Shown one piece after another: positions 1-7,248 of a DNA stretch of 10,560 bases (positions are counted from its first letter, which is position 1; every line of letters begins with the position of its first letter). The position numbers and the translations under genes were made by a program. Origin of the DNA: an uncultured Phycisphaerales bacterium (GTDB lineage Bacteria > Planctomycetota > Phycisphaerae > Phycisphaerales > SM1A02); contig CALKEP010000006.1 of NCBI GenBank assembly GCA_938084645.1, positions 1 through 10,560 on the forward strand, read 5' to 3'. The notes beneath the pieces were generated by a model that searched no databases, had not been told where the DNA came from, and saw nothing but the letters and a program-made list of their open reading frames with translations.

Positions 1-51
1 GCGATCGGCGCCGCGGGCGTTCGATCCCGACGACAGCGCACCGTCGCCTGA
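1..51 (+). CDS. 3' end of an upstream gene, probably the C-terminal tail of a PEP-CTERM-type sorting signal (partial, left edge)
   Basis: Frame 1 reads AIGAAGVRSRRQRTVA*, with tandem TGA stops at 49-51 and 52-54. A small hydrophobic stretch followed by an Arg cluster is the typical end of a PEP-CTERM signal. A terminator follows about 50 nt later. The PEP/PAP motif itself would lie outside the window. Confidence 0.5.
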   Translation, partial: AIGAAGVRSRRQRTVA

Positions 52-102
52 TGACGCCGAACCGAACGCGGTCGACTTCAACGCGACCGCACGCAACCCA
101 CC

Positions 103-140
103 AGCCCGCCTCGACCTCGCGTCGGGGCGGGCTTTCGTTC
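103..140 (+). terminator. Rho-independent terminator
   Basis: 13-bp stem: AGCCCGCCTCGAC (103-115) pairs with GTCGGGGCGGGCT (121-133), with one G-U pair and a 5-nt loop. It is followed by TTCGTTC and lies just downstream of the stop at 49-51. Confidence 0.75.
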
Positions 141-488
141 GACGATTGACGATGCGGGGCCTGGGGCGACGCACCGCGGAACCCGATGCCGCCGAGCGTC
201 ATCTGCACGTTGATCCGGAATCCGGGAGCGTCGGAATGAGAAGCGGTCGATCGACCGCGATGAAACGTGGGGACGATAAAGATGCCGCGTGTCTTCTCCG
301 GCACTTTTTTGACTCTTCCGACGCCAGCCAACTTCCGCCCACGTCAAACGACGGTACTTTTGAGATTCATCCGTGTGGCGATGCAGAATCGAATCGTTCG
401 ATCTCGAGCCCAACAGGCTCGTCCGCCGGGTCAGAGATGCTTGGAGGCGAGCATCCAATTCGACGACCGATGCTGCGAGGGTTCTTCC

Positions 489-1754
489 TTGGCGTTCCCC
501 AACCGATCGACATTCGCCTGCGTGATCACGCTGATCCTCGCCGGGGTGTTGGCCGGGTTCCTCCAGATCGACGCGATGCCGGGCGTGCCCACGCACGGCC
601 GCTACCACGCGTCGGACATGGACGATCTGCGGGAACAACTCCTCGGATACTCGGCCCGTCCGAAGGACTACGCGGCCGGCCCCGATCATCCCGCCTGGTA
701 CGCCATCTGCGGCATCTATCAGAAGACCTCCAGCGCATTCGGCCTCGATGGGATGGAGTTGTGGAACATCGCGGCCCCCGGTCTGCTCGGGTTGAATCTC
801 GCACTCCTCTTCACGCTCGCAAGGCAGATCGGTTTCTCGACCTTCCATGCGATGGCCCTGTCGACGGTCTGGCTGGGAACGGCCGGCACCATCAACTGGA
901 GCGTCGTCCTCGAGACCCATGTCCTCGCACCCACCAGCCTGCTTCTCGCCGCGTTGATCCTGAGTCACCCGAGGTTCTTTCCACGAATCTGGAATCGCGC
1001 GTCTCCAACGACCCTTGCCGCCTACGGGCTGGCGATCGCGCTCGCGGCATCCATCACGATCACCAACGGAGCGCTCGCCGCCCTGGCGCTGGTTCCCGCG
1101 CGGTTCGTCCGCCGACTTCGACCGCGTCGGCTGACCGGCGAGATGACGAGGAGGTTTTCCACCCTGTTCACCGCGGGCCTGGCGGGAATCGGCGTGCTTG
1201 CCCTCGTCCACACCGCAGGGTGGTACCTGGTGCAGGATCCGAACATGCAGCACTTCCTGGAGATTCTCGGTGAACGACGGATGCTGCCCTACATGGAGGG
1301 CGGATGGTGGGATTCCATCCTCGCACTCGCGTGGATCGGACCACCGATGAGTCAGTATCACGGCACTCCGCCCGAAACCATGCTCGCCCTCGACTTCAAC
1401 TGGACGACGATTCCCGCGTACGTTTCAGGACTCTTCGTCCTTCTGCTGACCGCCTGTTCGCTTCGGGTGGTCCCGGCCCGAGCCATGTTCATTCCCCTCT
1501 TCGCCCTGTTCGGAGTGCTTCTCCACGCGATCTACGGGCGAGGCGAGTCCTTCCTCTACACGGCGAACTACGGTTGGGCGACGGTGATCTCGATCGGCCT
1601 TCTGGGCCGCGTCGTCTTCCCACGCGCCATCGGTCCGATCGGGATCGTGCTCGGCATCGCCATGCTGGTGGCGAACACCCTGATCTGGCGGAGCGGACTC
1701 GAGTGGATCGTGGAGAACGACTACCTCCTCCCCCACCTGCCCCTGGCGCCATGA
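489..1754 (+). CDS. Multi-pass integral membrane protein, GT-C-fold glycosyltransferase-like / DUF6080-like
   Basis: About 10 hydrophobic segments. The first external loop is acidic (HASDMDD) and ends in GPDHP; later motifs are LETH, SITITN and LHAIYGRGESFLY, which I recall as resembling DUF6080/GT-C proteins. The start is uncertain: the ORF is open from 267, and I prefer TTG at 489, which has GAGG at 477-480 and lies just before TM1. ATG at 381 is an alternative. Confidence 0.7.
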   Translation: MAFPNRSTFACVITLILAGVLAGFLQIDAMPGVPTHGRYHASDMDDLREQLLGYSARPKDYAAGPDHPAWYAICGIYQKTSSAFGLDGMELWNIAAPGLLGLNLALLFTLARQIGFSTFHAMALSTVWLGTAGTINWSVVLETHVLAPTSLLLAALILSHPRFFPRIWNRASPTTLAAYGLAIALAASITITNGALAALALVPARFVRRLRPRRLTGEMTRRFSTLFTAGLAGIGVLALVHTAGWYLVQDPNMQHFLEILGERRMLPYMEGGWWDSILALAWIGPPMSQYHGTPPETMLALDFNWTTIPAYVSGLFVLLLTACSLRVVPARAMFIPLFALFGVLLHAIYGRGESFLYTANYGWATVISIGLLGRVVFPRAIGPIGIVLGIAMLVANTLIWRSGLEWIVENDYLLPHLPLAP

Positions 1755-2407
1755 ACACGGACCCCCGGGCGACGAATCGCGAGGCGATCGCCGTCGCACG
1801 CCAGGACGGCCCTCGGCCGGCGGTCGGGAATCGCTCGAGCCGGCCACGACGATAGCAGGTCGTCCCCGATCGGTCGGACGAACCGAGATCGCCATGCCGT
1901 CGTGTCTTCACCTGAATCTTCGCGATCGGTCCAACACGAAACGCCGCCCCGGATGGCGGGAACGGCGTTCGTCACGCTGATCGCGAGCAGGTCCTCGACC
2001 CTCAGGGACACCGGCCCCAGGCGGCGACGAGCAGGCCCGATGGGATCTCGGGCCAGGTCACGAACGGGTTCCGCGGCGGCTTCGACGGCATCCTCCGGAT
2101 CGAGGACTGCTCGATCCACGGCAACGGTGACGGCGAGACGTTCCGCCAGCTGGGGCTTCTGCCCCTGAACGAAGCCGACCTCGGCGCCCCGTCGGGGCGG
2201 ACCTTCCTTCACGCGACCGCGTGGCGCTGCCGACGCATCCGCGTGGAGGAACGTGACGCCGATCACGGACATCATGACCCGGAGAACGCGAACCGGTCCT
2301 TGACACGACGTCCCGCCGCCTCCCCGCGGGAAATCGCCGGTCCGACCCCGTCCGACCGGATCGTCGCCATGCCCAGAAGGTCGTTCGAACCGATATCGTG
2401 CCGCTCT

Positions 2408-2425
2408 CCACATCGTGTGATGTGG
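2408..2425. promoter_or_regulatory. Inverted repeat upstream of gapdh-arsJ, candidate repressor operator
   Basis: CCACATC-GTGT-GATGTGG is a perfect 7-4-7 inverted repeat ending 22 nt before the ATG at 2448. Confidence 0.35.
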
Positions 2426-2447
2426 GACGTCAATCAGGGGCTGCAGC

Positions 2448-3464
2448 ATGAACGTCGGCATCAACGGATTCGGAAGAATCGGACGACTCGCGGTCCGCGC
2501 GATGCGGGAGCATCCCGAACTCCGACTCACGCACGTCAACGAGATCAAGGGTGGCCTGGAATGCGCCGCACACCTGCTCGACTTCGACACGGTGCATGGT
2601 CGTTATCCGGGAGAGGTCGGCATCGAGCAGGGAACGCTGCGGGTCGACGACCACCGTGCGACCTTCTCGGAGCACGAGCATCCCGCGAACGTCCCGTGGG
2701 CCGACGCGGACGTGGACATCGTGCTCGAGTGCAGCGGCCGCTGGCGGACCACCGAGACCCTCGAACCCCACCTCGCCGCCGGCGCCCGCCGCGTCGTCGT
2801 CGCGGCGCCCGTGAAGGATGGTGTTCCGAACATCGTGATGGGATGCAACGAGGACGCCTACGACCCGGCCGAGGACCGGATCGTCACCGCCGCTTCCTGC
2901 ACCACCAACTGCCTGGCACCGGTGGTCAAGGTCATTCACGAGCAGTTCGGGATCGAACACGGCGCGATCACGACCATTCACGACGTCACCAACACCCAGG
3001 TCGTCGTCGATGCGCCGCACCGCGACCTTCGCCGGGCGCGAAGCGCTCTGAACGCCCTGATTCCCACCAGCACGGGGTCCGCGACGGCGATCACCATGAT
3101 CTATCCGGAGCTCGCCGGCCGGCTGGACGGGATCGCGGTCAGAGTCCCTCTCCTCAACGCGTCCCTCGTCGACGCGGTCTTCACCTGCGGGAAGCCCGTG
3201 ACGGTGGAATCGGTCAACGACGCGTTGCGTGACGCCAGCGAGGGGGACCTCGAGGGCATTCTCGGATTCGAGACCCGTCCGCTCGTCTCGACGGACTTCG
3301 TGAACGATCCGCGGTCGGGAATCATCGACGCCCCGAGCACGATGGTGGTCGGCGACCGGATGGTCAAGATCCTCGCGTGGTACGACAACGAGTACGGATA
3401 CGCCTTCCGCCTGGTCGATCTGGCCGCCCGGATCGCGTCCCAGATGAATCGGGCCGAGGGATGA
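2448..3464 (+). CDS. gap: ArsJ-associated glyceraldehyde-3-phosphate dehydrogenase (338 aa)
   Basis: Rossmann motif [10 protein letters not shown], catalytic [10 protein letters not shown] (Cys codon 2898-2900) and C-terminal [13 protein letters not shown] and [20 protein letters not shown] are characteristic of the arsenic-associated clade. An SD-like AGGGG sits at 2436-2440, and the stop codon overlaps the arsJ start. Confidence 0.95.
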   Translation: MNVGINGFGRIGRLAVRAMREHPELRLTHVNEIKGGLECAAHLLDFDTVHGRYPGEVGIEQGTLRVDDHRATFSEHEHPANVPWADADVDIVLECSGRWRTTETLEPHLAAGARRVVVAAPVKDGVPNIVMGCNEDAYDPAEDRIVTAASCTTNCLAPVVKVIHEQFGIEHGAITTIHDVTNTQVVVDAPHRDLRRARSALNALIPTSTGSATAITMIYPELAGRLDGIAVRVPLLNASLVDAVFTCGKPVTVESVNDALRDASEGDLEGILGFETRPLVSTDFVNDPRSGIIDAPSTMVVGDRMVKILAWYDNEYGYAFRLVDLAARIASQMNRAEG

Positions 3465-4705
3465 ACCTGCGAGGCTACGCACTGGTCACGATCGCCTACT
3501 GGGCGCTGACGATCACCGACGGTGCGATGCGGATGCTCGTGCTCCTTCACTTCCACGAGCTGGGTTACGGTCCGGTGACCCTCGGCTTCCTCTTCGTCGG
3601 CTACGAGGCGTGCGGCATCGCGACGAATCTCCTGGGGGGCCGGCTCGGTCGGCGATACGGTCTCGAACGAACCCTGCATCTCGGCCTCTGGCTGCAGGTC
3701 GCCGCGCTCCTCGCACTCTCCATGACCGAACCGACCTGGACGGAGGCGGTCTCCATCGCCTGGGTCATGGGTTGCCAGGCACTCTCCGGCGTCGCCAAGG
3801 ACCTCACGAAGATGAGTTCCAAGAGCGCGGTGAAACTGATCGTGAAGGAGAATCGGGACGGAAGCCATCGATCCGTCCTGCTCCGCCTCGTCGCGCTGCT
3901 CACGGGCTCGAAGAACGCGCTCAAGGGCGCCGGCTTCTTCGTCGGCGGGGCGCTGCTGGCCTGGATCGGGTTCGGCCCCGCCCTGCTCGCGCTGGCCGGC
4001 ATGCTCGCGGCCGCATCCATCGCCACCCTGCTGGGCCTGCGCACCTCGCTTCCCCCCGCGAAGACCGGCAGCAAGACACCCTCGTCATGGTCGCGCTCCC
4101 CCGCGGTGAATCGACTCTCGGTCGCGCGGGTCTTCCTCTTCGGCGCCAGGGACCTCTGGTTCGTGGTCGGACTTCCCATCTTTCTCGCCGAGGACGCCGG
4201 ATGGTCGGTGGAAGGCATCGGCGCCTTCATGGCGACCTGGGTCGTCGGGTACGGCCTGGTGCAGGCGGGCGCCCCGTGGGTGCAGTCGAAACTCGTCCTG
4301 GGCGATCGGGACACCGACGAGTCGGCGCTCGCCCGCCGTTGGATGCTGATCCTGATCCTCATCACCGTGGGCATCGCCGGCGTGCTGCTCTCCGGCAGCA
4401 CGAGTGCCGCCGTACCCGTGGTCGTGATCGGCCTCCTGATCTTCGGGATCGCCTTCGCGGTCGAGTCGGCCCTGCATTCCTATCTCATCCTCGCCTTCGC
4501 GTCCAAGACGGATGTGGCCCAGGACGTCGGCTTCTACTACGCGGCCAACGCCACCGGGCGACTGTTCGGAACGCTGCTGTCCGGCGTCTGCTTCCTCCTC
4601 GGCGGTCTGGCCACCTGCCTGCTGGTCTCCGCGGGATTCCTCGTCGTCTCGACGCTCTTCGCCTGGCGGCTTCCCGAGGCGCGACGACCGGCGACCGACG
4701 CCTGA
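3461..4705 (+). CDS. arsJ: Organoarsenical (1-arseno-3-phosphoglycerate) efflux MFS transporter ArsJ (414 aa)
   Basis: ArsJ signatures: [89 protein letters not shown]. The ATG at 3461 overlaps the gap TGA (ATGA), so the ORF-track start at 3377 is an over-extension. Confidence 0.95.
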   Translation: MNLRGYALVTIAYWALTITDGAMRMLVLLHFHELGYGPVTLGFLFVGYEACGIATNLLGGRLGRRYGLERTLHLGLWLQVAALLALSMTEPTWTEAVSIAWVMGCQALSGVAKDLTKMSSKSAVKLIVKENRDGSHRSVLLRLVALLTGSKNALKGAGFFVGGALLAWIGFGPALLALAGMLAAASIATLLGLRTSLPPAKTGSKTPSSWSRSPAVNRLSVARVFLFGARDLWFVVGLPIFLAEDAGWSVEGIGAFMATWVVGYGLVQAGAPWVQSKLVLGDRDTDESALARRWMLILILITVGIAGVLLSGSTSAAVPVVVIGLLIFGIAFAVESALHSYLILAFASKTDVAQDVGFYYAANATGRLFGTLLSGVCFLLGGLATCLLVSAGFLVVSTLFAWRLPEARRPATDA

Positions 4706-4810
4706 TCCTCGAAGGCCCACCCGCGCCAGCGTCGAACATGCCGACCGTCGGACCCGGAATCAGCACGGCGTCTCGTTCTTCAACGGGCTCGATTCACGAC
4801 GCGACGACAC

Positions 4811-4824
4811 TGGAACAAGTTCCA
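4811..4824. promoter_or_regulatory. Palindromic candidate operator upstream of the GH5 gene
   Basis: TGGAAC-AA-GTTCCA is a perfect 6-2-6 inverted repeat, relatively AT-rich, about 175 nt upstream of the GH5 start. Confidence 0.3.
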
Positions 4825-5000
4825 ATTCCCGAGTCGCCGACGCGGACGCCGCGTTTCATCGGACCGCGCACGATGGCGCACATGCACGGGGTGGTGATGA
4901 TTCGATCGAACCCCTAGACTCGACGGACTCGCCGCCTTCGAGACGCGTCGTCGACACGTGCCTGTCGTTCGACGCCACCAGCCCCGACGCAGGACGCATG

Positions 5001-6950
5001 ATGAATCGAAAGACCCTCCTCGCCCACCTGATCCTCCTCCTCGCGATCCTCGGCGGCACGACGTCGCTCGCCCACGCGGAACGCGGCCGCCCCGTCATCG
5101 ATGATTCACTGGGGTTCAAGCGCCTGCTGAGCGACCAGAGCACGTTGCTTCGCGGCGTGAGTCTTTCGTGGGATGGTGGCGATCCGTACGGAAGCCAGAA
5201 GAAGTTCATGCCCTCGCAGGCTTCGCTCGACGCGCTCGCCCGGGACTACGGCTACAACACCGTCCACCTCTACCTCGAAGGCGACTCCTCCGGCAACACC
5301 GATCCCGTGGGGTACAACGCCGCGGACTGCGACGTCCTGGTGGACCGATGCGCGAAGGCCGGCCTCTACCTGATCATCACGATCGGGTGCAACGGCGAGA
5401 ACGGCGCGATCCACTCGATGGACTTCATCCAGGACTTCTGGCGGTTCTACGGTCCCCGCTACAAGGACCGGACCCACGTCATCTACGAGGCCAAGAACGA
5501 ACCGGTCCACTTCACCGCCGCCCACTGGCGCCCCGAGGACTGGGACGATCAGATGACCATGTACCGGACGATCCGGCAGGCGGCCCCGGACACCATGATC
5601 CTCCTGTTCTCCTACATGGGCTTCCGGTACGAGGGCGCCGTGGCGGATGCGATTCGCAACGTGACCGCCCGCGGCGTCGACTGGAACAACGCGGCCGTCG
5701 CCTGGCACGGGTACGAGACCCGCCAGGGGATCGAGGCGTGTCTCGATCTCCTCCGGCGGACCCCCGGATTCCCCGCGACGCTCTGCACCGAGTTCTGGCC
5801 GGGAGACACGGTCCCGGATCCGAGCATCGAGAACGACGAGTCCTACAACGCCGCCTTCGAGTCGCACCACACCGGCTGGCTCCAGTTCCAGTGGCTGGCC
5901 GCCAACGACGCCGAACTGCCCGGCCTCGCCTATCGGCTGGACCGCGCCGGCGTGATCTGGACGCCCGATCATCCCGATGCACGCTGGCCGGCGATCGGCA
6001 GTCCGGACATTCCCGAGGATGGCGCGCCGGTCGCGATCTTCGACCGAGGTCGCGGCCGCTTCGTCTCCGCCCCCGGCGGCGGCGACCTCACCGCGACGCT
6101 CGAGCGGTACGCCGGAGACGCCGACGATCGGTTCGTGCTCGAACGTGTCGGACCGGGACTCGTCGCCTTCAAGGCGAGCAACGGCGGGTACGTCTCCACC
6201 GCCTGCAACACCGACGCCCTGACTCCGGTGGCGACCGAGGTCGGACCACGGGAGACCTTCCGCTGGATCGAACGCCCCAACGGTGACGTCGTGCTCCGAT
6301 CGATCGGCGGCGGTGGGCACCTCGTCCGCAGCGTCACGCGGGAACTCGCGGGCGGACTCACCCTCGAGATCCTCGTCGCGGACGCGGACCATGCGGGCCT
6401 GGCCGAGACGAACTACGTGATCCTCGATGGCCGAACGCCACAGGTGGCACCGCCGGCTCCGACGTCGGCGACGGAGAAGACGCTCGCACCGGGCCCCTTC
6501 AACGGCCGACCCCACGCGATTCCCGGCACGATCCAGTTCGTCGATTTCGACCAGGGCGGGGAGGGTGTCGCCTACCACGACTCGGCGCCCGACAACATCG
6601 ACGGCTTCCATCGACCGCGCGAGGGCGTCGACATCCAGGCGAGTTCGGAAGGCGGTTCGGTCGTCGCGTGGATCGAGAACGGTGAGTGGCTCCGTTTCAC
6701 CGTCGACGTCAAGCGGGCGGGTCGATACCGACTCGACGTGCGACACGCCGGTGGCGAAGGCGTGCTGAACATCGAGTTCGGCGATCGCACGGTGACCGGC
6801 GACCTCCGCACCACGCCCACCGCCAACTGGCAGGACTGGACCGATCTCACCACGGTGGTCGACCTCGACGCGGGCGTGCAGGAGATGTACGTGCGCCTCG
6901 GCGCCGGCTACAACCTGCGCAGCGCGACGTTCACCCGGATCGACGGCTGA
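5001..6950 (+). CDS. Secreted GH5 glycoside hydrolase (GH5_34 / CtXyl5A-like) with fascin-like beta-trefoil and CBM6 (about 649 aa)
   Basis: Sec signal MNRKTLLAHLILLLAILGGTTSLAHA, SD AGGA at 4991-4994, and an alternative ATG at 4998. GH5 acid/base NEP (Glu codon 5499-5501), WHGY, and nucleophile TEF (Glu codon 5790-5792). The segments RGRP, NTVHLYLE, GLYLIITIG, DFWRFYGPRY..THVIYE, LLFSY and WTPD match my recollection of CtXyl5A. Fascin-like region ~6030-6429 (VAFKASNGGYVS, VGPRETF). CBM6 ~6495-6947 (DFDQGGEGVAYHD, EGVDI, WIENGEWLRFTV). Confidence 0.9.
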   Translation: MNRKTLLAHLILLLAILGGTTSLAHAERGRPVIDDSLGFKRLLSDQSTLLRGVSLSWDGGDPYGSQKKFMPSQASLDALARDYGYNTVHLYLEGDSSGNTDPVGYNAADCDVLVDRCAKAGLYLIITIGCNGENGAIHSMDFIQDFWRFYGPRYKDRTHVIYEAKNEPVHFTAAHWRPEDWDDQMTMYRTIRQAAPDTMILLFSYMGFRYEGAVADAIRNVTARGVDWNNAAVAWHGYETRQGIEACLDLLRRTPGFPATLCTEFWPGDTVPDPSIENDESYNAAFESHHTGWLQFQWLAANDAELPGLAYRLDRAGVIWTPDHPDARWPAIGSPDIPEDGAPVAIFDRGRGRFVSAPGGGDLTATLERYAGDADDRFVLERVGPGLVAFKASNGGYVSTACNTDALTPVATEVGPRETFRWIERPNGDVVLRSIGGGGHLVRSVTRELAGGLTLEILVADADHAGLAETNYVILDGRTPQVAPPAPTSATEKTLAPGPFNGRPHAIPGTIQFVDFDQGGEGVAYHDSAPDNIDGFHRPREGVDIQASSEGGSVVAWIENGEWLRFTVDVKRAGRYRLDVRHAGGEGVLNIEFGDRTVTGDLRTTPTANWQDWTDLTTVVDLDAGVQEMYVRLGAGYNLRSATFTRIDG

Positions 6951-7126
6951 TCGACGACCGATCGTTTCCCCGAAGTCGATCCGGGCGATCCGACCGAACC
7001 ACGATCCCCGTTCGCCTGCTGACGTTTTCCAGAGGATGGTCAGGAAACCGGGCACTGCATCACCGTCATCGAATTGACGATTCGCGCGATACCGTCAGCA
7101 TGCAGGCACGCGATCGTGACGAGAGA

Positions 7127-7156
7127 CGAAAATCCCTGAAAACATAGGTATTTTCG
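7127..7156. repeat. AT-rich inverted repeat between the GH5 and sulfatase genes
   Basis: CGAAAAT-C-CCT-GAAAACAT-AGG-T-ATTTTCG: 10 of 11 positions are complementary around an 8-nt centre. Confidence 0.5.
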
Positions 7157-7248
7157 CACCAAGATGCGTCAATCCGCTTGAGGCGACGACCGGGCCCGCC
7201 TTATGTTGCGACCGCCCGAATCACCCTGTCGCCCAACCGGAGAAGAGC

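Noticed and set aside
301..365. ACTTTT(TT)GA near-repeats and TTGACT as a promoter for the membrane-protein gene
   Set aside because: Probably part of a promoter region, but there is no properly spaced -10 and the repeats are too short to call.
2176..2200. CGACCTCG...CGTCGGGGCGG, resembling the 112-130 terminator sequence (possible REP-like repeat)
   Set aside because: Only two short GC-rich matches with different spacing, which is compatible with chance.
2300..2305. Perfect TTGACA upstream of gap
   Set aside because: There is no -10-like hexamer 16-18 nt downstream; that stretch reads CCCCGCGG.
2448..3464. Housekeeping glycolytic gapA
   Set aside because: The TIHDVTNTQ and TAASC motifs and the coupling to arsJ indicate the arsenic-associated paralogue.
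4512..4997. N-terminal extension of the 812-aa ORF, suggesting an arsJ-GH5 overlap or fusion
   Set aside because: It overlaps arsJ and is low-complexity. The SD and signal peptide place the real start at 4998 or 5001.
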